From: Eledone cirrhosa
Lineage: Eukaryota
Reading direction: 5' to 3'
DNA length: 64,000 nt
NCBI GenBank assembly: GCA_964016885.1
Contig: OZ024742.1
Coordinates: 99,696,001-99,760,000, forward strand
In this document: positions 40,941 to 54,960 of the stretch, in pieces
How positions within the stretch are numbered: the first letter of the stretch is position 1
Layout: every line of letters starts with the position of its first letter
Program-made: the position numbers and the translations under genes
The notes under the pieces: model-generated
Seen by the model: only the letters and a program-made list of their open reading frames with translations
What the model was told of the DNA's origin: nothing
Database searches by the model: none

Positions 40941-41645
40941 GAAAATAAGAAATAGTTGTTTTTATAGGTCTACAAATAAGATGTTAAATGTAAAATATAT
41001 CGAAACCAAACTTGTTGAGCTCTTAATATTTCGGGATAAAATCTTTTCGACAAAAGAGAGATTGTGGAAATTAAGTTGATGCATAATATCTTATATTGTT
41101 TATCGGCGGTTGTTTTTATTTTAAAGTAGTAATATATAGCGTCAATATTTTTTAAGACAGAGATGCTATAAACTTACACTATTCCAATCCACATAAATAA
41201 AGCGGGCAATACTAATCGTTAGGATATTGTGATCAATGATTATCAAAAGTGAATGATTCTCGTATCGAATTCTCATTCTTAACGGATGGCAATATATCTC
41301 TGGATTGACACAGTTGGTATAGCGTTCGATAAAATGTCAGTATTTTAAGACTCTTTGCATTCTGAGTTCAAAGTTACCGAGTTATACTTTGCTTTTAACC
41401 TTACTGGGCTGATAAAATAAGTTACCAGTAATATATTGGATTTGATTTAATCAGCATTGTCCTCCCACGAAATTTGCTGACGTTGCAAATTCAGGTAGCC
41501 GAAGTTCGATCGTAAAACTGAGGAATGTGTTGAATATTGGAGTATGGCACTTAATTTTATGCTGCTCCAGTTCAATACAAATACAGGATGAGTATTGCCG
41601 CAGACTGGCATTCGCTCCAGGAGTAAGAATCTAACAAAGAAATTG

Positions 41646-41684
<39 letters not shown>

Positions 41685-42825
41685 TCCTCCATTAACTCCA
41701 TCTCTCTCATTATGAATAAAGACACACACACACATACAGAAGCTACTAGAAAGATTCCACCTGCCACACCAAGGTAGTTCTGAAAGCGGTTGTCTTTACA
41801 GACCTCGTGACCGGAAACTCTGACTGAACTAATACTAATATTATATGAAACATGACAATCGGCGTTCTGTAGAATGAATCAACTGCAGTAATACAGCACA
41901 GTGCCATCTAGACACTGATCAAGTTAGACAAACATGCAGTGGTTTCAAAGAGTACGGAGGGAAGCTATCTGCGGACGTCATCTCAATTAAATAGGCAAAT
42001 TAATTATGTAAATCACTGCAACAATGTTATTAAATACCGATATAAAAAGCTTCGAGTTCTACTGAACTATATATACTGAGAATTAAAGGAATTTGGAGAA
42101 TCTCCAAGTGTTTCGAGCAAATGCTAAGAGAGAGAGAGATGGAGATGGAGAGAATCTGTCTTTAGTGACTGAAGTTTGACTAAATGGTTTTCCTGATTAA
42201 TGCATCCATTATATCCGGACTCTTACAGGAAAGAAACCATTGTCTTCGAGCTATTGCAACGAGGAATATCATTAGATAAAGCCATCATCATCATCATCAT
42301 CATCATCAGCTGTTGCAGAAGCAACAGCAGCATCGTCATCACTATCGTCATAATCCTCACCATTACCACCACCAGCCGCATCATCATCATCGCCATCATC
42401 ATTAGGACTATCTGAAACATTATTGTTATCATTGCTACCACCATCACCTTTACAACTACTTCCACTAACATCACCATCACTATCATCAATGCAGCCACGT
42501 ATACTACAATGAACAATACTACCCACCTACACACAGCCACAAAGCCAACCGACATTAACGAAAACAACAAGCACAATCCCATTACAACCACCAATACCAC
42601 TACTACCATTTGCTTTACAACCATCAATACTGCAACCAATAACAAAAGTTCCACTGCCGTTACAGCCACAAATTCACCACTCCATTGAAAACTCCAACGA
42701 TACCCCCAACAATAACAAGTAAACCACTATCATTATACCATCACCAGGACCACCATTGATAACACCACCGATGTCTACAAACAGCACCACCACCTACTAT
42801 TGTCACCAAACGGTAACCACACATA

Positions 42826-44307
42826 AAGCATTACTAGAAATTACCATATACCGCTATCACCAACACTACCAGCATTACCAGAAATCACTATTTACGGCTA
42901 TTAGCAATACTACCAGCATTACCAGAAATTACCATATACCGCTATCACCAACACTACCAGCATTACCAGAAATCACTATTTACGGCTATTAGCAATACTA
43001 CCAGCATTACCAGAAATCACCATATACCGCTATTAGCAACACTACCAGCATTACCAGAAATCACCATATACCGCTATTAGCAACACTACCAGCATTACCA
43101 GAAATCACCATATACCGCTATTAGCAACACTACCAGCATTACCAGAAATCACCATATACCGCTATTAGCAACACTACCAGCATTACCAGAAATCACTATT
43201 TACGGCTATTAGCAATACTACCAGCATTACCAGAAATCACCATATACCGCTATTAGCAACACTACCAGCATTACCAGAAATCACTATTTACGGCTATTAG
43301 CAACACTACCAGCATTACCAGAAATCACCATATACCGCTATTAGCAACACTACCAGCATTACCAGAAATCACCATATACCGCTATTAGCAACACTACCAG
43401 CATTACCAGAAATCACTATTTACGGCTATTAGCAATACTACCAGCATTACCAGAAATCACCATATACCGCTATTAGCAACACTACCAGCATTACCAGAAA
43501 TCACTATTTACGGCTATTAGCAACACTACCAGCATTACCAGAAATCACCATATACCGCTATTAGCAACACTACCAGCATTACCAGAAATCACCATATACC
43601 GCTATTAGCAACACTACCAGCATTACCAGAAATCACTATTTACGGCTATTAGCAATACTACCAGCATTACCAGAAATCACCATATACCGCTATTAGCAAC
43701 ACTACCAGCATTACCAGAAATCACTATTTACGGCTATTAGCAACACTACCAGCATTACCAGAAATCACCATATACCGCTATTAGCAACACTACCAGCATT
43801 ACCAGAAATCACTATTTACGGCTATTAGCAACACTACCAGCATTACCAGAAATTACCATATACCGCTATCACCAACACTACCAGCATTACCAGAAATCAC
43901 TATTTACGGCTATTAGCAATACTACCAGCATTACCAGAAATCACCATATACCGCTATTAGCAACACTACCAGCATTACCAGAAATCACCATATACCGCTA
44001 TTAGCAACACTACCAGCATTACCAGAAATCACCATATACCGCTATTAGCAACACTACCAGCATTACCAGAAATCACCATATACCGCTATTAGCAACACTA
44101 CCAGCATTACCAGAAATCACCATATACCACTATTAGCAACACTACCAGCATTACAAGAAATCAACATTTACCGCTATTAGCAACACTACCAGCATTACCA
44201 GAAATCACCATATACCGCTATTAGCAACACTACCAGCATTACCAGAAATCACCATATACCGCTATTAGCAACACTACCAGCATTACCAGAAATCAACATT
44301 TACCGCT
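42826..44307. repeat. 44-bp minisatellite, ~33 copies
   Basis: Unit TACCAGCATTACCAGAAATCACCATATACCGCTATTAGCAACAC; phase recurs every 220 bp (42911, 43131, 43351). Confidence 0.95.
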
Positions 44308-44869
44308 AACAGTAATAATACCATTAACCAGAAAAAGACCACATAGTGCTATCACCAATACTACCACCAACTCCACATACTATTTCCACCAACAACAAAC
44401 AACCACTACTACTACTACTACTACTGCATCCTACTCCACCTATTAACAGCTAATAATACCACCTCAACTAACAACACATACCAAACACTACTACCATCTG
44501 CATCCCTAAAACATTGTCGAGATGTTTCTAATCATTTTTGCGGTAGGTTATGTTAAATTTCACTTTATTAAATTAAATCATAGTATCACTAATTCTCATA
44601 CGCCATCTTCTATTCCTAATAATCTCATATGACCTAGGCACTGTTTTAAACCATGCTTTCTGTGATTATTTGGAAAGTGAGGTCAGCAAATACAATTATA
44701 TCCCTTTTAGGATCCGACATCAAAGTCGTGGTGAGGTCATCAAGGTCAACGATAATACAATGAACTAAAAGTAAATAGCTATTGAAAGATTATACTACAT
44801 TTAGCCAAGATGTTCCCCCATCACACACACACTCAGAGATACACATACACACACCCACACACACATGTA

Positions 44870-44920
<51 letters not shown>

Positions 44921-45238
44921 GTGTGTGTGTGTGCGTTTTGTATGCGTGTGTATATGTATGTATATGGTATAAGGGAATAAACCAGTGTTAAACTAGTTAG
45001 ACCCTTATTCAATAGAGTACTCAATACTTGGTAAAGTAGAGTGTAATAGTGTATATATATATATATTAAGGATACTATTTATAGTTATGTATATTTTAAA
45101 CTATAAACAGGGAAGATCAGTAATTTATTACTACCTTATTACCAATAAGATAAATAGCTCAATGTAATAACATCAGTTGTTCTACAGAGCAGTTACATAG
45201 AATTCACAAGAATCAAAGCTATGTTGAAAGCATTTATT

Positions 45239-45285
45239 CACTTACAATTGTTTCATCCAAACCTAGGCTTGGAGTCTTCGGAGCA
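45239..45285 (-). ncRNA. Hammerhead-like motif with C4 core (CCGAAGA)
   Basis: UGCU-CCGAAGA-CUCCAAG/CCUAG/GUUUGGAU-GAAA-CAAUUG-UA-AGUG. Confidence 0.6.
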
Positions 45286-45636
45286 TTTTTCAATGTTTGT
45301 ACATACAATTGACCTCCTATCCAACGCAAGAGACATACAGATACATATATATATATTGATGTACAGTGGAATGACATATATTATACTATACTATATTTGT
45401 ACAGCAATTCAAATTCAAAATCAAAATCAAAATTATAATTAAAATTAAAATACATTCGGCAGGTAACACAAATAATGCAAGAGGATAGTTTGATAGTCAG
45501 TTCTAGTAGGTAGTGTATGCGTTAGTTACACATGGAGCATGCAAGTGTGTCTCATTTATATACGATTATTGTGTGGCAGGGTGTTACATGTAATGCGTTG
45601 GATAGGAGGTCCATTATATGTACAAACATTGAAAAA

Positions 45637-45683
45637 TGCTCCGAAGACGTCAAGGCTAGATTTGGATGAAACAATTGTAAGTG
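45637..45683 (+). ncRNA. Mirror C4 hammerhead-like motif
   Basis: UGCU-CCGAAGA-CGUCAAGGCUAGAUUUGGAU-GAAA-CAAUUG-UA-AGUG. Confidence 0.55.
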
Positions 45684-45721
45684 AGTAAATGATTTTGAAC
45701 ATAGCTTTGATTCTTGTGAAT

Positions 45722-45793
<72 letters not shown>

Positions 45794-46209
45794 GTCACAC
45801 TCTACTCTACAGATGATACATATGTATCGTATGTATTGATACATATGATTTGAAACGAATGAAACAGTTCTAGTCCTTTAGAATCCGTTTCTATATTAAA
45901 TAATGCTGCCTACGCTACTTGTATATTGAGTACAGATTTTACTCGTCATCGCTCTCTCTCTCTATTTATATATATATATAAATATATATCGTTTCTGAAT
46001 TTGTTTAGCAAGATTCTTTATCTGAAATCGTGTGTTGAAACCGATATTGTTATACTTTGGGAGGGTCATGTTTCCAATAAGAAACACACGCACCAGTTGC
46101 TTTCACTTCAATTTATTATATATTTATAAATTTATAAATTTACAAATCTACAAACTTATAAATTTCTGGTTGGTTGGTTGGTTCCACAACCAGATAGTTG
46201 TTTATATAT

Positions 46210-46254
46210 AGTCATAGTCCTTTCGTCACACACTCTGTGACCTCTTCAGTGACT
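46210..46254 (-). ncRNA. PLE 3' UTR minimal hammerhead (mirror arm)
   Basis: Reverse complement of 49272-49316. Confidence 0.8.
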
Positions 46255-46559
46255 GGGGATTCCTTTCTTTGTTTCTGTGCCTTTCCTTTCTTCTATCCTA
46301 CGCCATTTTGTTTCTGTGTGTGTGTTGTGTGCTCAGTTTGCGCATGCGCCACATCCGGGTGTCTGTGTGTGTTTGTGTTCATTTATCTATTTGTTTATTT
46401 ATTTATGTATTTATTGTTGGTTGGTTGTTTGTTCTATGTGTGTGTGTGTTTTCATTTTGTCCTGTGTGTGTTTTCATTTTGTCCTTAATTGTAAGTTGTT
46501 TGTTCTATGTGTGTGTGTGTTTTCATTTTGTCCTGTGTGTGTTTTCATTTTGTCCTTAA

Positions 46560-47273
46560 TTGTAAGTTGTCATGTTGCTGTTCCACTCATATTTTCTATT
46601 TAATTTTGGCTGTAATTTACCTAAACATTGCAGCTTTTCTGTGTGTGGATTCTATTTTTATTTCTATGTTCTCTAATCTACCCCTGTGTTCTATCTTAGC
46701 ATGTTGGTAGAGCACAGATGATTCTTCATTATCTTGAAGGTCTCGCCAGTGTTCATGTATTCGTTCCCCTATACTACGAGCTGTCTCACCTATGTACACT
46801 ATATTTTTGTTTCTACATTGTCCTTCAGTACATCTTATGCTATACACTACATTTCTAGTTTTACAGTTAATATGGGGGCTTATTTTACAGGTTATACATT
46901 TCTTATCTATACATGAGGGTCTTTGGAACGGGTATGTCTTGCTAATAAGTGTTTTTACGGAGGTACCTGGTCTTTCTACTATCTTAATATTGAGTTTATG
47001 TTTATTTAGGGCCCTTCTAAATTTGTAGGCTAGTTCGCCTCTAGGGGTTGTATTGATGAACATTACACTCTGGTATTTATTGCTATCATACCATGAGTTT
47101 ATTCTATTGGCCTTGTTCCTAGTTCTTTCTATTCTATTCCAAAATTTGCTCCTATACAAGGGGCAGGTCCCATTTATGTCATTATTTACCATTTTTTCCC
47201 ATTTGGTTCTGGCTCCTCTATACACTCTGATTCTATCTCTCTGATTGTAGCCAGAGAACTGCATACGGTGGAT
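46560..47273 (-). pseudogene. Inverted PLE thumb/linker/GIY-YIG fragment
   Basis: ORF 46617-47381 reads through the frameshift position of the plus arm but has a deletion after AMFR. Confidence 0.85.
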
Positions 47274-49041
47274 GCATAATAGAATAGAGGCCCAGCAACT
47301 GGGAGAAAAATCTGCAAATGGCTTGCGTAAGCTCATGCAGCGCTCGCGTAATGGAGAGATAGCATGCTTTCCAACAGACAAGTCTGGCAGAATGTCGGTT
47401 GACAGCCTGCCAATCTACATCCAGGCAATGCAACCCCACATCACTAACACAAGAGAGGTAACACCACAGGAGCATGAGGATAGAGAAAAAGCCCTCAATG
47501 CCCATATGGTGATGTGGACGAATATAATGCAGCCCAACAAAAGGACTGCCAACAACTTCCAGGCCTGGAACAATGACGTGCCGGCGTTGTATGGGCTTCG
47601 AAAAGACCATAAAACGGGCTGGGACCACAGATAGATGGAACGGGTGGACCAGAGACATACGGACACCCGAAAACCACGATGAACTGAAGAAAATGATTGC
47701 ACATGCGGTAGGGGCCAGCATAAAATTAACCCTTAAGGAACATATGTTCAAATTTAATGGTAAAACATATGCCCAAGAGGAAGGAGCAGCCATTGGTGTT
47801 AGCATTGCAGGCGACATAGCTAACTTATTCATGATATGGTGGGACAGTAGACTTAAACAAAAACTTAAAGAACAATTAGAAGACAGCTTAACCCTGATAA
47901 TGTACTCCCGCTACGTAGATGATATAAACATCGTAGTTAAGACACCCCCACTAAAGAACAGTCAGCAACTAGAGAAAAACACAATGGAAAGCATCCAGCA
48001 AATAGCAAACTCCATCCACCAGAGCATTAGAGTTACTATAGACTACCCAAGTAGACACCCCAACCATCGATTACCTGTACTAGACACAGAGCTCTGGTTA
48101 GATACCATTAACAACCAAAAACAAATCCTCCATTCCCATTATGCCAAACCCATGACTTCCAAACATCTGATCCACCGAAACTCGGCCATTTCGGACCATA
48201 CCAAAATCAACATACTGATTGCGGATTTGGTACGGGTGATGAGAAATGTGTCCCGCATGTGCAACCCCGAAGAACTAGAGAGACACATACAACACTTCAT
48301 CCACCGTATGCAGTTCTCTGGCTACAATCAGAGAGATAGAATCAGAGTGTATAGAGGAGCCAGAACCAAATGGGAAAAAATGGTAAATAATGACATAAAT
48401 GGGACCTGCCCCTTGTATAGGAGCAAATTTTGGAATAGAATAGAAAGAACTAGGAACAAGGCCAATAGAATAAACTCATGGTATGTTAGCAATAATACCA
48501 GAGTGTAATGTTCATCAATACAACCCCTAGAGGCGAACTAGCCTACAAATTTAGAAGGGCCCTAAATAAACATAAACTCAATATTAAGATAGTAGAAAGA
48601 CCAGGTACCTCCGTAAAAACACTTATTAGCAAGACATACCCGTTCCAAAGACCCTCATGTATAGATAAGAAATGTATAACCTGTAAAATAAGCCCCCATA
48701 TTAACTGTAAAACTAGAAATGTAGTGTATAGCATAAGATGTACTGAAGGACAATGTAGAAACAAAAATATAGTGTACATAGGTGAGACAGCTCGTAGTAT
48801 AGGGGAACGAATAAATGAACACTGGCGAGACCTTCAAGATAATAAAGAATCATCTGTGCTCTACCAACATGCTAAGATAGAACACAGGGGTAGATTAGAG
48901 AACATAGAAATAAAAATAGAATCCACACAGAGAAAAGATGCAATGTTTAGGCAAATTACAGAGGCAGTAAGCATAAAAGAATTACAACCAAAATTAAATA
49001 GAAAATATGAGTGGAACAGCAACATCACAACTTACAATTAA
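47272..49041 (+). pseudogene. Disrupted PLE reverse transcriptase-GIY-YIG endonuclease ORF (5'-truncated, internal deletion, frameshift near 48493)
   Basis: PTDKSG, LYGLRKDHK, FNGKTYAQEEGAAIGVSIAGDIANLFM, RYVDDI, LPVLD, CIDKKCITC, NVVYSIRC..YIGETAR..EH, ITEAVSIK..PKLN. Confidence 0.9.
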
Positions 49042-49271
49042 GGACAAAATGAAAACACACACAGGACAAAATGAAAACACACACACACATAGAACAAACA
49101 ACCAACCAACAATAAATAAATAAATAAATAAACAAATAGATAAATGAACACAAACACACACAGACACCCGGATGTGGCGCATGCTCAAACTGAGCACACA
49201 ACACACACACAGAAACAAAATGGCGTAGGATAGACGAAAGGAAAGGCACAGAAACAAAGAAAGGAATCCCC

Positions 49272-49316
49272 AGTCACTGAAGAGGTCACAGAGTGTGTGA
49301 CGAAAGGACTATGACT
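49272..49316 (+). ncRNA. PLE 3' UTR minimal hammerhead
   Basis: AGUCA-CUGAAGA-GGUCACA/GAGUG/UGUGAC-GAAA-GGAC-UA-UGACU, about 230 nt downstream of the GIY-YIG stop. Confidence 0.85.
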
Positions 49317-49484
49317 ATATATAAACAACTATCTGGTTGTGGAACCAACCAACCAACCAGAAATTTATAAGTTTGTAGATTTGTAAATTTATAAATTTAT
49401 AAATATATAATAAATTGAAGTGAAAGCAACTGGTGCGTGTGTTTCTTATTGGAAACATGACCCTCCCAAAGTATAACAATATAA

Positions 49485-49563
<79 letters not shown>

Positions 49564-50749
49564 GTCTCTTAATACATGTTGTTTCCTAAATGTAATACTA
49601 TGTGTACAAATTACCAAACACGGTATTCCAACGAATATAATTTCTCTTCAAAGTAAGAAAATAATTCAGCTTCAATCACGTGCTGATCCTCTAAAATCTC
49701 TCTAAATGTCCACAATGTTGTGTTGATTGCATATCTTGGATTGTGCTCTTGTCACTCAAATATATTCTCGAGTACATTTAAAATATGACTCTACACTATT
49801 ACACAAATACTCATTCACCAGCACGTTACAACTAATATCTCACAGGCACACTGATTGTTCTTTCGTCCCCTTCTACGACTACTACACCGATGGATGTTCC
49901 TCCTAAATGATAGCTTCAGTACTAACTCTCCACCCAAACTAGCTAATATATTTTCTCTTCTTATGATTACTACTGTGTCATTGCCCCGTTCTCACATAAA
50001 ACATTTCCTTATAATCCTTTTCCACAGAACTTCGTGTCCCTAAACTTCCATTATCGACTAAATTTTCCAAACAGATGTCAAAGTAGCGAGCAACATTCAA
50101 ATCATTATCGCCTGAGTGAGGAGTTCAGCAATGGCCATTGGAATGGCACAACCTCCTCTCATTAGCTAAATAAATAGTCTACAATACAGTTACATTTCTA
50201 AAACATGCTTTCCCCTGTTGTCCCCACAGCGTGGAGGTGATGAATGGATTGGTGGGGCGACAATTTCAACACTTCATTTTTTATCCCTTTTCTTGAATTT
50301 GTACTCAGTATGATTTTAACTCAGAGCACAGAGAGCCGAAAAAATACAAAGAATTCTGTCCTATGTTATATTGGAGGGGAAATTTCTAGGTGCTAACCCA
50401 ACATCATTTATGACTAAAGGAGTCCTCATATATATAAATATATATACATATGAGGACCCCTTCGGTCACAAATAACGATTGGATGAGCATCTGGAAATTT
50501 CTCCTCCGAGAGAGAAGTCCGAGCTTGGCTGTTTGTGGAAGACAAGCAGTCGCCCAAGCATACCGGTATCCTTGTTCTACGCCACCGATGTTGTCAAACA
50601 TTTATTGAGAAGATTGAGATCATTTTCACTTTTAATCTTTATCTGTTTATTTTTTTATTCTCGTTCATTATATAATAAAAATGTTTTGAAAAGTGTATGT
50701 AGTGTTGAGCCTCTGTCGATTATAATGATAGGTGTTTCAGTTGTTTGAT

Positions 50750-50995
50750 CAACTAAGCAACGAACTCATGAAAGTGTGTGCAAGTTACTTTCCGTTCCAC
50801 AAATCCATGCACTATTAACGTTGTTATTGGGGAGAGGCTGCGTAAGATGGTGTTTGAATGATGGCTTTGAATAAATAGGCTGGAACAACGTAAAACAAAA
50901 TACGTTATACAAAGTCGCAATTCACCGGTATGAGTCGAACGCACAGCCTAAGTATTATGTAGCCGAACACCCTAACCAATACGCCATACGCCTTC
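50750..50995 (-). mobile_element. Old SINE family B
   Basis: Reverse complement GGCGTATGGCGTATTGGTTAGGGTGTTCGG...GTTCGACTCATACCGG head. Confidence 0.55.
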
Positions 50996-53014
50996 ACCTT
51001 CTAGAAATAATTTTAATCTAAAAAACATTATTTTTTTCATTTATCTCATCTCAATCAATGCCTCATTTTTTAGTATAGAAGTGTTTATCTACATTTTGCT
51101 TTCAAGAGTTTTGTCTTAATTCCTAATCAATTGTATATAAAATATTAAAAAAAAATTGAAATAAGATAGAATGCGTAAAATTCGAATGGAGAAACCATTA
51201 TTGTTAAAGTGCAAGTTCGCAATGTAATTAATATATTTGACAGTTAGATAAAATAGTTACCTGTCTATAAAGCTATCGAACAAAGAGAAATATATCAGGA
51301 TACATAAAACCTTAATAGTCTTCTCACGTAACATTCTAAAATGAATTCTGCCTCTTCTTGGACTGAAATTAAAATGATAGAAACGACGTACATTTCTTTT
51401 CATATGACTACGCCTGGTGTTTTCTGGAACTTTCTCCAGGTAAATTGAAACTTGTATTTCAAATCACGATCGTTATTGAGATGAGACTGTTTTAGAAGTT
51501 GAAATTACAAAGTCGTAGAATATAAGAAAAAATGTTCGTCTCAGTTGTATTATCTTTGCGCTCTGAGTTCATATCATAAGGATAAAAAATATTTTAAGTG
51601 TTAAATGATTAGATTGTATGACAAAAAAAATCTTGCTACATTTTTTTTATTCTCTGCGCTCTGTGTTCAAGGTTAACCGAGATCAACTTTGCTTTGCAGC
51701 CTTCAGTGTTGGATGTATAAAATACTAGTCTAAGACTTAATCGTTGAAGTTTCCACCAAAATAACTTGTATTATCCTAAGATCAATGCCTTCTAAGATCA
51801 AATTTTACTGTTGCTAATTTAAGTGGTAGATATAACTCACCACTTAGTTTAACATTACTCTATTGTTCATAAGTGCTTTTCACGGAGCCGCACTGCTGTA
51901 AGTATTTGAAACAGGCCACCAATTTAAATATATCTTTATCCTTCCATCTCATCAATCTCGAAGGCTCAGAAAATGAACTGCGTCGGTTTCGTCATTGGGT
52001 GTTCCAGAAATGTGAATCAAATTGTCATGCTGAAGAAGACAACGCACCGCCGGTAATCGAACTCCCAAACCATCGTGATTATATAATCATATTCTTATTG
52101 TGCTTTTTAATTTTTCAATGAGACGTTGTACCCGAAATATGACTTAATTTCTCTGCTTATAACCATACAAATATGCGTCAATATGTCATGTTTATCGAAT
52201 TCAATCCTTCCAACGCAGCTTACCTCTATTGGGCTCTCATATCCTCTGGAAATAATGTGAATATATTAAAGAATACGTACCAGCAGCTCAAATACGTTAA
52301 CATCCTTAAACATCTGTATTTGAGTTACTGTTCTAATAATAATACTCCGCTTATCTCCGCAACAGAAGAGTACTCCCGAGTAGAATGAAACACTTCATGG
52401 TGGAAATAAAATAGTACTACTTACTCACTAATACTATATTTCTTACACAACATATCTCAAGTAATGTTCTAAATATAAAATATGCTTTCAACGACTTAAC
52501 TATTGATTCAATTTCTGCTCTTTTATAATTGCGATTTTCCACACAATTTAAATCGATTTTAAACATTAACCTAACAAAGTTAGTGTATTTGATACACTTG
52601 CCGGCTTTCTTTCAAAGTAAAGAAAAAAAGGTTTTAATCAAAAAGTAAATTGGATGAAATTAGTTTTTGGTTAACCAACATTTTTTTTTATTTGATTTTT
52701 TTTTTTCAAAGTAAAAATGTCATAAATAACGAGACAAAATCAGAAAGAGGGAATAAGATATTGGGTGAATTATATATTCTACAGAATTATAAGGGAAATA
52801 ATAACATGGAGAAAGAAAGTAAGTTCATGGACATGGCTAATATATAGTCTCTTGAACTATTAACACAAGATTAATATTATAAAGTTTGAACGTATATGTG
52901 AGTTTGATTCTACGTCTATGTATGTACGCTGAATGGACCTGTTATTTTTATCTAAAGACATTTTTTCCAATTCCAACCCGCTCGTCCCTTCAAACTATCT
53001 TATTTCTCGTTCTT

Positions 53015-53050
53015 TCTTCTGATGAAGGATTAGCGTCCGAAACGTTAAGA
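53015..53050 (+). ncRNA. Minimal type I hammerhead motif
   Basis: UCUU-CUGAUGA-AGGAU/UAGC/GUCC-GAAA-CG-UU-AAGA; palindromic AACGUU; ~95 nt upstream of (TA)n. Confidence 0.7.
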
Positions 53051-53144
53051 CCCTCTTCCTGCTATTTCTAGCGTTAACCTAATATATTCCTTCCATATAC
53101 TGTACAGATTGTGTTGTTATTTTATTTCTGTTTACCTTTTACAG

Positions 53145-53193
<49 letters not shown>

Positions 53194-53857
53194 AATATAT
53201 AGAAACACAGAGATACATGCGGACACATACATATACATGAATATATCGACATATATCTCTGAATTAGTGGTGCCAACCTCAACCGATGTTGCTCTATGAA
53301 TAACTGGGACAAAATAATCCGAATGGATTAGATTGATTCAGTATCAGAGCTATATAATACATTATGAAGAGAGAAGAAACATTACATATAATTAATAATA
53401 AGATATACCATACCCAAACTCTTCTTTACTCCTCGACTACGTAGTTTTGTGGCATATTATGCAAAAACACTACATCACAGAGATATAGAATTTTTGTGAG
53501 GTCTGCCGACTTATCAAGAGGATACCTCATTAAGAGTTTCAAAACACGTCCGTAGGACGCGAGATAGAATCCCGAAAGGCGGAGGGGGAGTCAATCACGT
53601 GATACAACGGTCAAGAAACAGAGCTAAGCCTCTTATAACCATGAAAAAAATACCAGGGAGGCCGAGGGGGTATTTATATCAAAGCCGTAGAAGAGGTGGC
53701 TAAGGTGGCGAGAAGTATGAGTAATGATAGCTTTCCACCAGTCACTACACTTCAAAGGTTACTCGACCAAAGGGAGTTACAAACATTATATAGAAACACA
53801 GAGATACATGCGGATACATACATATACATGAATAATCGACATATATATATATATAAT

Positions 53858-54420
53858 GATAATAATAAATTTGAAGACTAAAATCCAAAGAGGGCTCGAT
53901 AAGGAGAAATATATATCAGATATATAAGAACCGTAGAGCAGATATTTATTAAAATAACAGATTAAAGTTTAAGCAAAGAATCGCTGCTTTGACCTTTAAC
54001 GGGATCTTCTGAAACTAAAAATGTCAATCTGTGAACGCAAAAATAAATATTTCAAAAAACGTTGCAACCGAAGGAAGACAGGAAGACGATACTTTGATTC
54101 GTGGAAACGTTCCCTGGCAAAGAATGGGAAAAAAACGAAGATAATACGTCATTATTTGTACGGTGAAAACAATTATACGCAAAGACAAAACCACGTTTAT
54201 GGTATAAATGAAGTCGTAGACTAATATTCTATTAGGTGGTTCATGGAGACGTTCTGTGGTAATAAACGGAAAAAATGAAGATAATACGTCATTATGTGGA
54301 GCGTTGAGAACAATTAGACGCAAAGACAAAACCACGTAAATGGTATAACTGAAGTCGTAGACTAAAATTCTATTTAGGAAACCGAATGATTCTCGGCTTC
54401 AGAGTTAAGAATAAACTAAA
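53858..54420 (-). mobile_element. Family C element, un-rearranged (body continuous with tail)
   Basis: Body and tail collinear; CAGAAGA core at 53966-54016 with GAAA mutated to CAAA. Confidence 0.75.
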
Positions 54421-54550
54421 TTAAATACAGAGGTAATTGGAATTAAATATATACATACACGCATCCAAATACGTACATACACAAGCATACGAGAAAACAC
54501 TCGCCATGGGTATGCAAACACAAGCACGTACACAAAAAAACACGCACCCG

Positions 54551-54617
<67 letters not shown>

Positions 54618-54623
<6 letters not shown>

Positions 54624-54960
54624 TAATTGAAAAAGGGAAGAATAACATGGTCAACAGTACAAAAAAGAGGATTTATTTACAGTCTAACAATTGTTTCACT
54701 GATAAGATGTCTAAAAATTGCTGAATACAAGAAGTGTTCTGACGATCTGATAGAGCTAACTTCGTATTTAAAATTGAGTGGCACTGCTTCTAGTATTCAC
54801 CAATGTTTAGACATCTTTATCAGTGAAACACTTGTTAGACTGTAAATAAATCCCCTTTTTGTACTGTTGACCATGTTATTCTCCACTTTTTCAATGTTAT
54901 TACTCCAAAATAAACTTATATAGGAATACAAGTGAAATCATAAACTTGTCATCTATGTAA
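54618..54960. mobile_element. Palindromic element with long-stem-II hammerhead-like motif (+ strand, 54734-54840)
   Basis: Arms about 54618-54737 and 54783-54902; CUGACGA-UCUGAUA...UAUCAGU-GAAA-CACUUG-UU-AGAC; right-side tail with uncertain end. Confidence 0.6.

Larger units (their letters stand above)
45065..45724. mobile_element. Inverted-arm hammerhead element (C4 core) between microsatellites
   Basis: Arms 45199-45328 and 45594-45724; left-only tail 45065-45198. Confidence 0.7.
45989..49483. mobile_element. Penelope-like retroelement (Neptune-type layout) with ~1.2-kb inverted terminal arms
   Basis: Plus arm 47274-49483 (RT, linker, GIY-YIG, 3' UTR). Minus arm 45989-47273 mirrors 48298-49483 plus a 55-nt tail. 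(TA)n at both flanks. Confidence 0.92.

Noticed and set aside
42826-44307. CRISPR-like appearance of the regular array
   Set aside because: No unique spacers; contiguous tandem units; eukaryotic context with no cas genes.
50410-50468. Hairpin around a TA tract
   Set aside because: Explained by two SINE 3' ends lying tail-to-tail.
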